From: Amphiscolops sp. MND2022
Taxonomy: Eukaryota
DNA length: 64,000 nt
Assembly: GCA_964187785.1 (NCBI GenBank)
Contig: OZ076421.1
Location: forward strand, 43,710,001 to 43,774,000
Direction of reading: 5' to 3'
In this document: one piece after another, positions 25,910 to 38,524 of the stretch
How the letters are laid out: every line of letters starts with the position of its first letter
Numbering within the stretch: the stretch's first letter is position 1
Translations under genes and position numbers: made by a program
Notes under the pieces: generated by a model
Databases searched by the model: none
The model's input: the letters and a program-made list of their open reading frames with translations, nothing else
Told to the model about the DNA's origin: nothing

Positions 25910-26648
25910 CCCAGGTTTACTGTCATGGCTCATTCTCGGCTTTTCATCCATTATCTCGGCATTTACATGGTATTACTTGCAATTTCATGGCAAATCATGG
26001 ATGATTTATATCAGATACCAAATCATGGCTAGTCATCCATGTTGATCATCCATGATTCATCCATGTCAACCCATGAAAAATTCGTTCAAGGGTGAAATTT
26101 CTACATTTCGTGTCATCAACACAAGAAACGGTTCTGTTGCGTTTAGCTTTTAATTTTACATAAAAAAAGGGTTCCCTAATGGCCCGTGAGAAATCTTGCT
26201 ACAAAACGCCTCTTTCCAATTGAGATGTTAGTTTTTTGGGACTCGTCGGAGGCCACGTTCTCGTCGTGAGTCCTGTCACGTGTGGTATATCTATAATATA
26301 CCGCACTAGCAGAGAGCCTCCAACCCAGAATAAGGACATTTTTCAATTACTGAATGCTTTGCTTTCAGTTGAACTGAATGTCCGACATTATGCTTCTAAC
26401 TTCATTTTGTTTCAGCTCAAGTAATGGATAGTGGTCAAAAATAGGACCATATCCATCTTTTTTGAAGTCAGTTTTGGCTATCGGAACGGCCCGTTCCAAA
26501 TTTTTCAGCCATGGCTCATGGATTTCCATCCATGATTCATCCATGAGATCATGGCTACCATGCCAAGATCATGGAATGATTCTCGGCATGGTGGATCCAT
26601 GAATCATGGATGAATCATGGATGGAAATCCATGAATGGTCAACCTGGG
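25910..26648. mobile_element. CACTA/EnSpm-like MITE with CATG-rich subterminal repeats
   Basis: TIRs CCCAGGTTTAC / GTCAACCTGGG (10/11), flanked by CC on both sides (possible 2-bp TSD). Many CCATG/CATGG repeats near both ends. Confidence 0.55.
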
Positions 26649-27292
26649 CCGTATTTCAAGGAGATGAAGAAATGGCTTCCACAAAAATCTCGAACTAAGT
26701 GACCCGTAAAATCAGTGGAGTTTTTTAATATCAAGGTTAAGTTAGTGTATTAAATCAAATGTTTAACGTGTTGTTCCGTCAGTTACGTTGGAGATAATGG
26801 CTGCTGGCGCACTCATGTCAATGCGTAGTAAAAGACAAAATCTACGTTTCTGCTCTGTGATTGGTCCAATGAAGTACAAATGGATTAGAAATCCAATTTT
26901 GCAGCTTGACCACCGCCGGGAACTCACTGAATTCATGTAGAATTCTGTAAAAATATTGCATGCAGGCCTACTGCGTGTAAAATTTTCCAGCAGTCGCGAT
27001 TATGGCAGTTCATCTGATGTCAATTCCAGACTTATTTTGCAAAAGTTTTTCAATTCTTTCAACCTAAGTGCAGTGGAGACTGCCTCACCAGTTTCCGACA
27101 TTTTTACTGTATCCTGAACAGATGCAAGAAAAACATGACGATGAAGCTTCACGTGGGAACTGGCAGTTTCGTTCTCTCAATTTCGATTAATCTCCATCTG
27201 GCTCTTTGAGAAGAGATGAGAGATCAAAAAAATACAAAAGATTGCGTCCTTTTTGCTGAAGATTTTTTGTCCAGGCTTAGTGGATTTTTTCC

Positions 27293-27401
27293 CAAGTTTC
27301 TACAAAATGCAGGGAAGTTTTTCAAGTTTTTTCAAGATGCAGGGAAGTTTTTCAAGATTTTCCAAGGTGCAGGAAAGTTTTACAAAATTTTCCTTGCAGG
27401 G
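27293..27401. repeat. 30-bp minisatellite, ~3.6 units
   Basis: Units start at 27293, 27323, 27353 and 27383, consensus CAAG.TTT..CAAG.TGCAGGGAAGTTTTT. Followed by TCCCTG, a possible DNA-transposon end. Confidence 0.85.
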
Positions 27402-29479
27402 TCCCTGATTTTTCTATGTTTTATCAAAAATTAGCCGGCATTTTATTCATGTGCATACAAGGGTTGGCTCTTTTCAGCTGATATAGTTACAATTACTAAA
27501 GAGTGTGTTGATTTGTGGTGGTTTACAGATGGAGTTAAATAATTATCTCGTAGAACTGACTGTACAATTAATGAAGATCGTATGGAACTTCGAAAAAAGT
27601 GAAGAGTGGTCTCGGGCACAAAATGCACTCAAGTTCAAGTTGCACCTGAGTTAATTAAGCGTTTTCCAAGCGTTTTATCAGTAGCAAATAACTCTTTTTT
27701 TTTCCAAACATGTCACTTCTTATAGTTTTTCTTATAGAATATCACATTATAACTATAGAACTGCTTGGCATAGAAGAACCAATAAAAACTGCTGTCACCG
27801 GTATGTGAAGCCAGCAGGATTTTTGCGTATTGTTTTTTCCTTCCAATTTGACTTTCAAAAAATTGGTATCATTTTTAAAAATTGCTTTGAAAAATGGAAG
27901 CATGACACCAGAGCTTCTTTGATGTCATTTCATTGGAACTTCCTTCTAGTTCTCTTCGATGAATGCTTTCATGAATAAAACGCAAATTGTCGATGATACT
28001 TTTGGAGAAAATCAATATGCTGAATTCATTTCTCAAGACACTTGAGCATGTCTGTAATATCCACGCAATTAGTAGTGCCGCGACTTTCTATTTTAAAAAT
28101 AATTGTTCAATCTGTAACTATGGTTCATTCCGACGCCATTTTTCCTTCAACTTTCCTGAAAAATGTCTCAAAATCATACAATTTTGCCCTTTTTGGCGCT
28201 CAATTCACAAGGAGTATTCTCTAGTGGCTTGTCGCTTGTCGCAATTTATATCACCAATGGTTGCGTTTTTATTGCCCTTTCATCTGGTAAAAATCAAAGA
28301 CCGCGTTGACCTTGAGATTAATAAAATGAATTTGGGAGATGTCTGGGATACTAGCGAGACATGTCTTTCCCGTAGGGGTATCATCTGCTACTGCATTAAC
28401 ATGGAAAATTTATATTTCTGTTCGCTTATATTGAGTTCCTATTATGCAACTTAAGAACAGCAACTTGTATTTTTTTGCAAGTTTTGCTCTGATTTTATAT
28501 GGCCTTGTATTTTCTGACAGCAACATGAAAGATTTGAATGAATCCATCGAAAATGTCAGAAAACAAAGGAACTGAAAACATTACAGCAATCATGTCAATT
28601 ATTGCATGCAACATTACATAAAAACATCAATGTTCACATTCAACGCATAAATGTTTGAAAGGTTCTCATAAAATGAAACAAACTCTTAATTTCCACTTTG
28701 AGAAATGTTCAAAATTTGAAATCTATCTGAAACGTTTTATTGATGTTTGTTTGTATTCCATAAACATTGAGAACTAAGCTCCAAATGCAAAAGAAAATAA
28801 GATTTTACTGGGTAGCACAAAAACGCCAAATGATGATGAATCAATCAAACCATCATCAAGGTTGTCGAAAACAAACAAAAAAACTAACAAAAGAATCCAT
28901 TGATATCTGTTCTTACTCAATTAATATTTTCAAAAAATGTTTTATTGAAAAAAATCAGAGTTAAAACGAGCTTTTCTATGATGACTGAAATCATTACTTT
29001 CGGATTTCAACAAGCTATTAGTGGGTTCATTCTTGGCACTGTGCGACTTTTTTCCTTGAAAATATGTTTGATTTCTTTGATATTTTCAGTTTAAAAACCT
29101 TTTTGGTTGGTCCATGCGATGGTTTTCACGTAGATCATTTTGATTATCATGGGAGTTTTATGTTTTCCATAAACAAGGATTGTCAAAGCGCGCTGAACTG
29201 TCACGAAACATATCAATTGGTTACATTTTCTGCGGCATAATCTAAGAGTGGAACGGGAGATCCCGCCATCTTAACATCCAGTATCAGCAACGAAAATTTG
29301 AATATCTCTGGATACGCAAATTGGACAGATGTCACAAAACTGTTCAATCAGGTATTACCTGAGCCTCAACTCTTTTTACAGCGATGACCATTTTTCAGGT
29401 GGGCTCTTGTCTCACCCGAAATCAATCACAAATGCCAAGAATTCTTGATTGTCCCTATTTTCCAACGTTTTCGATCAAA

Positions 29480-29900
29480 TTAGTTCATAATTGACGATTA
29501 GCTAATAAATTCATCAACATCGGCATTCAATGACTACGTTATGCTATCCCTAGTTGAAACTGCAGTAACTTTTTACATGCTGAAGGCATGCAAGCAGGGT
29601 AATTGTTTTTATAAATCCTAGAAAATTCAGTGAGCTTCGGGTGGTTAGTCATGTACAATTACACTGCATTTTTCACTACAGTAATTGAATTTGAAAATAA
29701 ATTCCACTAGATTACGCACACGATCACTTTGTATTCGTACTTTGTTTTCCGATCTGATATGATCACCGCTTCTCAAATAGCATGCTCGACATGACGCTAA
29801 CATGCATTTTATTACGCGACTGAAGTTAGTTTGCATTACATAAGCGGTAAAAACGTTATTAACTTATTTACTTTCAAAATTATAACTGCTGCTCAATGAA
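29480..29900 (-). pseudogene. SWIM-zinc-finger (MULE-like) transposase relic
   Basis: LPCLHA motif. Nucleotide homology to 37130-37480 in inverted orientation (AAATGCA.TGTAATTGTACA...CTCACTGAATTTTCTA...AATTACCCTGC.TGCA). Confidence 0.4.
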
Positions 29901-31507
29901 ACCTGCAAACATCAAGGCTTGAAATTGCCACCAAAACGGTGATGAATCTTTCAAACAGCTTGATAAATACAACAGGGAAATATTTTTGCATGAAAGTTTC
30001 CGTAAGAGTTAGAAAATCATATTAAAAGTTTCTTGCATCATTAAAGTACATGCAAATAGTTCAAGCATTTTCAACAAGGAATATTATTATATTTCGTTAA
30101 TGGAGCACATTCGTTCCTTATTTACCTCATTAGTTTGGAAAATATGGTTATCTTGAAATGACATTAGTATAATCATTGTATGATTCACATATACCTTTTG
30201 CTTTCATTTTTAGTTTTATAATTGTTGGAACGGTAAAAAGACAAAACGGTAATATATTTTGATTGGGGTTCACTAGATCTGAAAATTTCAAATTTGAAAT
30301 TAGACATGGACAAAGCAGTAGTTCAAAAGTCAATGAATTTGCCCAATTTGCGTACACACTTTACGGAAATCAAAAACTGAACTTTTTCCAGCAAAATATG
30401 AAAAATGGCGCTTCAAATTAGCCATTAGGTGAAGTTAGATGGCGTAACAATTTGAATAGGGTAGGTATCTATATAAAAATGCTCTCAGTAACGCTATTGA
30501 TGAAAGAATTATCCCTCAAATACCAGCTTTTCATGCAAATTGACAGACGAAATTCGAACACTAAAAGAAAAATGACGGATTTATCTAACAAAGCGGAGTA
30601 ATTATTCAACAATAATTTGCGCTCGAAGCCAAATTCATGCTCTTATTCAAACATTCGCTCGAATCAACGTCAGAGAGAAAAGAATTTTAAACGAGATGAC
30701 AATCACTGCATCAGCCGAGCTATTTACGATTCCTTTGGGATAATTTTTTCCACTTTTGACACTATAAACGATTACACATGAATTCATACTAATAACTCAA
30801 GTTTGATTTTTTCAGAACCTCAGGTGTCATCCTGAATGATTATTTTTGAGTTTCTATGGTTATTAGAATTTGAGTTCTTCTCAGGTTTCCTAAACATCAC
30901 GGTGGAAACATAGGTTTTACGTTATTTAAAAAATGAAGCTTTTAAATTTTTCGATGTGGTGAACATTTATTGAACTAAATTAATGAAGCCAGATTTTCGA
31001 ACCATTATAAAACTACATCGAAAAGCTTGAAAAAAGTTTCATTTTCGGTCTTTGCATTTCAGCAATTGCATAAATTTGAAACATTGTTCTTTCACAATCA
31101 ATAAAAAAATTACGAAACGCAAAAAGCATATAGGAAAACGAAAGTTTGTCTTTCTTATCAACAATCCATTGGACTATTTGGGGCGAATTGTTAATTGTGT
31201 CAATATAGTTTGTTCTTCGAGCCACCGGCAAAAAAGTAACTGGAAAAAAGTGAAAATTTGCAAAAAAAACTTTTTCAGAAAATTAGCTTTTCCTCTATAA
31301 CACAGCAACTGTTTGCTAAGTTACTGTCACACTCTAGTGACACAGTTTGCCACCATTGAAAACGCATATAGAAGTTTTTTTCAATGAAGCTTCAGCTAAG
31401 AGTTCGACCGGCATTTGAAAATGGCACTAACTACCAACTTAACTGGTGTGCATTTCAATTGAAATGCTTAATTTTTTAAAACATTTTTCAACATTTTTTA
31501 ATTCTTT

Positions 31508-31681
31508 AACATTTTTTAATGTTTAATTTCTCTACGAATAAAAGCCACAGCCCAAATCGGTTTTCTGCTCCTGAAAGCCCTTTACTTAAGCTTTAAAGCT
31601 TAACTAAAGGGCTTTCAGGAGCAGAAAACCGATTTGAGCTGTGGCTTTTATTCGTAGAGAAATTAAGCATTAAAAAATGTT
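31508..31681. repeat. 174-bp near-perfect palindrome with no spacer
   Basis: Two 87-bp arms with 3 mismatches, centred on CT-TTAA-AG (31594/31595). Confidence 0.95.
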
Positions 31682-32878
31682 GCCAGTTTTTTGTCAATTT
31701 TTCGGCTTCTCGGTGTGCTGACGAAGTTAAAGGGTTGCTTGAAAAACATGAAATTCGCGTCGCCAAATTCACTTCACAAAAAGCGGCGATATAAAAAAAA
31801 TGCGTCTGTGTTTAAAAATTCTACGTCTGATTTGTTCACTTTTTTCAATTTTTTTGTTCACTAATTCAATGCCGCTTTAAGAATGATCAAAGCCGTGTTC
31901 ATACTTCATTCACGATCGATTTTTCCTTTGTTTGGTGTCTCAAAAAGCCGGTTTATTTTGTCTGTAAACAGCTAAACTGATCAATAGGAAGATTAGGTTC
32001 CAAAAAGACATTCAAAATAGTCGTTTGAAAAAATTGACGAAAACAACCTGCTCATTGTATTCCAAGACAAAAGCTATAGAAATGTAAAGTACTATCTGAA
32101 ATGCTTAGAACATTTTGTGAGATTATGCGGAGCAAAGCATTCAATTCAAAGCCTCAATTCTAACAAGCTTGTTTTTGAAAAACATGTAACTCAGAATTTG
32201 TATTCAAAAGTGTTGTCTTTTTCGTCTGAATAAATTGAACATTCGTTGATTAGAAAACAACGAACATTATGAAAAAAACTTTGTGCCTTGTTTATCATCC
32301 CTCCCTGAGTGGCCACGGGGATAAGAATTGAGGTTCAAACACCATATGTCGATATAGTTTCCGTTAGAAATTCGATCCGATAAAAAAGTGATGTATCGTT
32401 TAGTTGAAGTGGATCAACTTATTTTACTTTATGGCGGAGAAAATTTGCATTGAAATCAGTGCCGTGGTATACGATTTTGGCTTGTTCCAGGCGTGAATTT
32501 TCGCTATTTTGGACAATAATAAAAAAATTAGGGTAACTTTTTGCTGCAGGTGTTCAAACATCTGTAGAAACAATTCATTAAGTATTTGTTACCATAAAAA
32601 TTTCTTTTATTCGTGCAAGAACGTACTTTAGTGCTAGAGGGGGATACGTATTTGGGGAAACAAGAAAGTTTGGATATTTCAGCCTTGGATATGGCGCCGA
32701 CTTGGGCCGGTCCCGGCTTGTTTGGTAGAATAAGGCCCAAACGCAGTTTTCTGATAGAATAAGATCTAAAATCACTGTATTTTGATGAAATTAGTCCTAA
32801 AATTGGACTGGGCAGATGCCAACCTAAGCTTGATATTGATTCAATTCCGGTGTCAAGCAGTGTATTCATCAATGTCCT

Positions 32879-33050
32879 CCGGTGACCACCGGTGACCACC
32901 GGTGAAACTGTCGGCGACCACCGCTAGAATTATCCGTGGACCACCGATGGCCATCGCAAAAGCCGCGAATGCCACCTCAGTTGTCCACGGGTGAGACATC
33001 GGTGGATCATCAATGACCACCGGTGGATTGTGATAGGTTGCCAACCCGGG
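32879..33050. mobile_element. Right end of a second CACTA-like element with CCACCGGTG repeats
   Basis: Repeated (GA)CCACCGGTG units ending in GCCAACCCGGG, similar to the GTCAACCTGGG terminus at 26638-26648. No clear left end. Confidence 0.35.
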
Positions 33051-33495
33051 TGGTTCTTTTCAAACAGTTTCATAGGATTTCCTGCGCAAGAAAAGTACGC
33101 TAAAAGGCTAAATGTTCTGCCTTTGAACTCTCTGGATCTTCATACCGACAAAATGTCAGAAACTGTACCAAATCGGTATCAAAATTCGAAATACCAATAA
33201 AAAAAATTCAACTTCATATTCTCTAAATATCACATTTTTACCATAAAAATCAAACATTTCAATATTGCTGTTTTTCAAAGAGTTCAAACGTTTTCTACAA
33301 ATACTGATGCAGCAAACACAATTTCATATCCCTTATGAAGTCGTTGAAAAAATTGAATGTTCTCAACGAATGTATCTTTTACTAGAAGATGGAAATGATC
33401 AACTCGCAAACTTCCAGACTATTTTCCAGAACAACAGAACTGGTGAAGTTAGATGTTTGATTTCAATAAAATAACGGAACTATAGTTGATATATG

Positions 33496-35106
33496 TGTCG
33501 CAGGCGGCTGCCTGCGGTGGCAACTGGTACTCAATTGCGTAAAATCATTACAACTCTCTCCCTGGAACGATCCCCCTTGATTGAGGAAAGTGGACACGTT
33601 GTCCCAAAGGACAAAATAAAACCAACAAACTCAATTTTCACACAACCATTATTTTACTCTGTTGCTATTAGTTTAAAATTATTATTCGGAGCTATAACAA
33701 AAAACCTAGGTCTAGTTTAATCTTTTGATACTGTTGGAACAAGATATTTTTAAATGATATTTTCACATGTAAATTATAGTCAATTGCTAATAATTGGACA
33801 CCAAGGCGAACAGGCAAAGGAAACGTGTTCAAATGTTTCTTTGCCTATCGCCTTGGACAGCTAGTCTGATTGAATTTAGACAAATCAGAGACGTGCAATA
33901 ATTAACTTGCTGTGCAGTGAAAGCTTTGATTTAGAGGCCGTACAGGGCCGTTCACCTAATTGGAATAGCCTACTATAGCTGAGGGACATCGAAGTCCTAC
34001 CTTAATTTGAACGTGCAATATGGTTGAAATATAATCTCAAACACAGCCCTTATGGCTCGGTGGAAATGGCAATCTGTCTTATTAGATACATGAAATCGTC
34101 GCCTGAAGTTATATGTATCATACGAAAGTGGACGTATTGTCCTTTTTCCCCCTTTTCTTTATTAGATGTTCATACAAGTTACATGTATTAAGCATGCAAC
34201 CCCGTATAGTGCTTGATGAGATATTGGTATGGCCTACAAGGCCACTTTAATATTTTCCTGTTTTATATGTCATGAAGGCTATATTTAGATATTACTTCAT
34301 GATGCTATATATAGTAACGTATTTTGGTTACTGTTACTATTTTTAGACTTTATGTCCGAAAAATAGCTACATGACTTACTGATTTATGCAAGTCATGGAA
34401 ATTTGACTATATATACCCGGGACTCTAAGTCCCGGGGACAATAATATATTTATGTGCACTACATTACAGTTGATGAAATTACAGTTTGCAAGCTAAGGAT
34501 AATTAACTTCTTTCCTCTTGCAATAACTTCTTATGCCTTCCACTAGAAGACAGAAGGCGAAAGCTAGAAAGTCAAAGGAGATGGACATGATGTCCGATTT
34601 TGAAAATTTGGACGTTATGCTTGGAAATGACAACGTTAATCCAATTGAGCGTGAGCTTTCAAATGTAATTGGGAATTCAGAAAGCCATTACGACGATGAG
34701 CTCAATTCACACCCTATGGAGAATGATTTCGGTGAAAACGGCTTTGGACACCATGTCCGTGAAAACACAATTCGTAGGCAAGACAGATTTCAAGAGACAA
34801 TGGAAACCTTTACAAGTGAATTCAACATGAGGCTCTCTCAAGAAATGGACTGAATGATGTCCATGATGCACAATCAAATAAACCGGGCAATTAGTACTGC
34901 GATAGCTGAAAGAGTTCCAGAGATTCCAGAGATTCAGAACATAGTTAGTTAAATGTCATCTTCAGGGAATCGGGACACCGAGGCAAGTTCGTCCCCTAAT
35001 AGTCAGGAAAATACTGAAAGGTACAATGGGTTCAAAACTAAAATTACAAAGAAGGACTCGCGATCTGCTTGTTACCTAAGAGCCACTAGGGACAGTAGTC
35101 CTTACA
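33496..35106 (+). mobile_element. Solo LTR (1611 bp) containing a 191-codon ORF relic at its 3' end
   Basis: Termini TGTC...TACA with 5-bp TSD ATATG at 33491-33495 and 35107-35111. Confidence 0.75.
34533..35106 (+). pseudogene. LTR-embedded ORF (MPSTRRQKAKARKSKEMDMMSDFENLDVMLG...), two in-frame stops
   Basis: Single frame from ATG 34533 to the LTR end, interrupted only by TGA 34851-34853 and TAA 34950-34952. Each stop is one substitution from TCA (Ser). Confidence 0.7.
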
Positions 35107-35625
35107 ATATGTATACATTTTCACAAAGAGAACTTCTAAAGAAAAACGCCTTGGAAGACGTCAAAGAGTTCTGGGAATAACATTTGAAGAAAAACATTCA
35201 AAATTCAATGTATAAAGATAAGGATTAGGCATGACTTGGTTTTAGACGTTATTCCGGTTTTGCATTCAGACATTATTCCGCGGACGTTATTACCGAGTTT
35301 GAATTTACATAACGTTTTAAGCTTGAAAAGCAGTTGAAACGGACAATTGAACATTTTCGAATGTGTTTTTATCGAAATTTAGCGGTACAATTGTAGTGAA
35401 CTCTTTTACCATTAATGTTTTACCCTCTAGCGCGAAGTACTGGTAATTGTTTCAGACTTTATTCCTCAGAAGTAAGTCACGCCTCTACCAATCTTTTAAT
35501 GACTACTTTTCGAAATACAATTTAAATTTTTGTTTTTTGATCTGTTTTCACCAAATCTACACAAACTCTCCATACCTTAATGTTCTTTTATGCAAACAAA
35601 AGGGCTTTTGATTTTCCAACGTGTC

Positions 35626-36007
35626 TTTTTTAGTCGGCGCTTTCCTAGTGAAAAGAGCCCGACTATTACAGTGGCTTTTTTTTCTTTTTTTTTTCGTTAG
35701 ACCACAGACCTCATCGTGTATGTACCACTTTTTAGTACAGATTTTACTCGGTTTAGGGGTCACGGGTTTCAGTCCTTGCTTTAGCCAGATACTTTCTCGA
35801 AGGGTCCCCTCTTTCAATTTTTTTCGGCACTGTGCGACTTTTTTCAAATTTTCTTGTCTCCAAAGGGTCCCCCCCTTCATTTTTTTGATATTTTGCAACA
35901 AACTGGATTTTCAAAAATGCCGGAAGGGTTCCCCTTTTACAGTTTTAAAAACGTTGCGGTTTTTGAGCCTTAGATATAGCGCCGACTTTAGACATTCCCG
36001 TCTTGTT
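35626..36007 (-). mobile_element. Repeat family A, copy 4 (both ends present)
   Basis: TTTTTAGTCGGCGCTTTCCTAGTGAAAAGAGCCCGACTA at the left and AGCGCCGACTTTAGACATTCCCGTCTTGTT at the right. Confidence 0.7.
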
Positions 36008-37129
36008 TTGCTTATATGGCACACGTAGATTTGTTCGTTCGTTTGGAAAGTAGCGTCCATATCAACAGCATGTTTTCGATCTCTACATCTTTGATACTGC
36101 TCATAAAACCCGCCAAGTTTTGCATAAACATTGATTAAAGACCTAATTATTCATCAGCTGAACAGGGAATATTTTGAGCATGAAAACATCTAAAAGAATC
36201 TTCCAAACTCTTAGTAAAAGTGTCAGACAACCTATAAAAACATGTAAATCGCTCATGCACTGTGAAGAAGAGTACTTTCAAATTACAAAGAATAGTGAAC
36301 ATAATTCACCATTAGTGCATTCGGAACGTTATCTAACAGCTGGGTCGATTTGCAGCTTTTTCGATCAACTTATTGATGCATGAAATACACCCTTGGGGGC
36401 TCGAGGTGTACATCGATCTCATTTTCACCGGGGCTTCAAACGTTTTTGAAAGCACCAGATCAAAAAGCAGACATCACGCTGAATAGTCTAGATGGAAGTG
36501 TAGACGTTTGATGTTTTCTTCCTTGCAACTTACACTTTGATATGTTCAGCATGGAATTGTTATGATTGATTAGAAACAGATTTTGGGTTAAAGAAAAACA
36601 CTTTACGTTAGAAACATTTCAAAAAGTCTTCGCACGTACTTAAAAACCTCTTGAAGTTCAACTCTAATCTCGATTCAGTTTTGTTCAATATGAACTTGAA
36701 ATTAATGGACAGTCGGACCTCGATTCACAGCACCTCTTGGGCAGTGTACGATTGACTATGTTAACAGGAGTTTGCGTTGTTTCGGTTTAACAAGAGTTTT
36801 GTGCACTCGTTGGCTTAGAAATGAAAACAGATCCTGTATAATGAGGATTACGCCGTAGCGATGATTCATTATATTGAGGTCCGAATGTGACATGGCTGTA
36901 AGAAATTTACAAATCTGGCTCTGCCTAGAGTATCTGACCAAATTCAGGGGTGCCCTAGTTGAAATTCCTTGCACTTTTTTGCATGTTCTTAAATATGCCT
37001 TTAAAGTTTTGAAAACAAATTTTTATAATTTTCAACGAAACTCTTACGAAACTTTATAAAGCTGTTGGAAAGATTCATTAAAAATTTTGCGACAATTTTA
37101 GGCCGTGAAGTTTCGTAGGTTTCGTTATG

Positions 37130-37480
37130 CATTTGTTCTAGTTTGAAATGCAGCTGAGACCTAATCAGTTATGCCACGATATCAATGCAAAATAACTTTA
37201 CCGTTCTAAACTGCAAACTAGTGTAATCTTCAGCGTGCTCTTTGAGAAGCAACAATCAAATCAGATGAGTTATTGAGTAATCAAAGCTTGAATTAAACGT
37301 TATCATTTAGGTAACAAAGAGGGAAAATTTTCACTTTCAAATTGAATAGGGCAAAATGCAATGTAATTGTACAAGCTTAACCACTGGAAGTTCACTGAAT
37401 TTTCTAATTTGTATGAATAATTACCCTGCATGCAGGCACGCAGCATGTAAACCTTACAGCAGTCTCGACTATTGTGAACT
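37130..37480 (+). pseudogene. SWIM/MULE-like transposase relic, second copy
   Basis: EFSNLYE*LPCMQA frame, homologous to 29480-29900. Confidence 0.4.
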
Positions 37481-37629
37481 CATTTTTTCTCGTGATGACA
37501 ACATTTTTAGCCAAGCAGAAATAAGCATGAAAAGGACATGGAAGTGTGTGTTTCAGATCTTCCAGGGATATAAAACAGTTAAGAACGATTTCCTCAAAAA
37601 TACTGGGTGACAGTGAACAAAATTTTTTT

Positions 37630-38033
37630 ATTATTTTCCGACCCCACATTTTATAAATAGGGGAGGAAAATCATGATATGTGATGCGTTTTTTTCCAAAT
37701 TCTGCCAAAACTCCACGTAATCCACTTGACTATTTTGCATTTAGTTACTTGACTATTTCAGTTACTAGTCAAGTTACTTGACTATTTCAGTTACTAGTCA
37801 AGTAACTAAAATAGCTGACAGCGGGAATAATATCTGAAGTCAAAAAGGAGAATAAGATCTAGAGGGAATACGACCTAAAATTTCAGGACGGGAATATGAT
37901 CTAAAAGGAATAAGATCTAAAATCGCTAAATTTTAGATCTGATTCTTTAGATTCTATTCTCAAAATAGCTATGGCTCTGTTGGTAAAAGGGAACAGGGCG
38001 GAAAATATCCCATCGCTTAGCGGGCGTCTTGTT
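37630..38033 (-). mobile_element. Repeat family C (AACAAG-starting, TAAGATCTAAA and TAGTCAAGTAACT internal repeats), copy 1
   Basis: Reverse-complement homolog of 59824-60184. Ends GCTTAGCGGGCGTCTTGTT. Confidence 0.7.
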
Positions 38034-38107
38034 CCAGTTTTAGCGTAAAGAGTTCCTTTTCACACTGTGACATGAAAGTTGTTCACTATCATCAAGCATT
38101 ACTGAAG

Positions 38108-38524
38108 AACAAGACGGGAACGTCTAATGTCGGCGCTGTATCAATGGCTCAAAAAGTGCAAAAATTTTAAAATTGTAAAAGGGGGACCCTTTGGGCTTTT
38201 TCAACATCTGTCCAATTGCAAAATATCAAAACAAATTGAAGGGGAGACATTTAAAAATTTCGACAAAAAAGTCTAACAAAGCCAAACAAGGGGAAAGTTT
38301 CATTATGCCAAAAAAATGGAAGGGGTGACCCTTCTGAGTTTTGTATTTCAAGTTAGAGGCTTTTGGATGCGTTCAAAAAATACTGAGTACATGGTAAAAG
38401 TACTTGGTAAAAGTGCATAATGCACAAAAAGTGGCACATACAGGGTGAGCTATTTGGTCTGACGAAAACAAACTAGCCACTGTAATAGTCGGGCTTTTCC
38501 CATTAGAAAAGTGCCGACTAAAAA
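38108..38524 (+). mobile_element. Repeat family A, copy 5 (both ends present)
   Basis: AACAAGACGGGAACGTCTAATGTCGGCGCT ... TAGTCGGGCTTTTCCCATTAGAAAAGTGCCGACTAAAAA. Confidence 0.7.

Noticed and set aside
27987-28454. 155-aa plus-strand ORF
   Set aside because: No ATG start or homology cues. More likely the antisense shadow of a decayed minus-strand transposase.
33768-35106. Alternative left end TGTAA for the solo LTR
   Set aside because: Gives a 5-bp inverted terminus but no TSD, whereas 33496 gives a perfect ATATG TSD.
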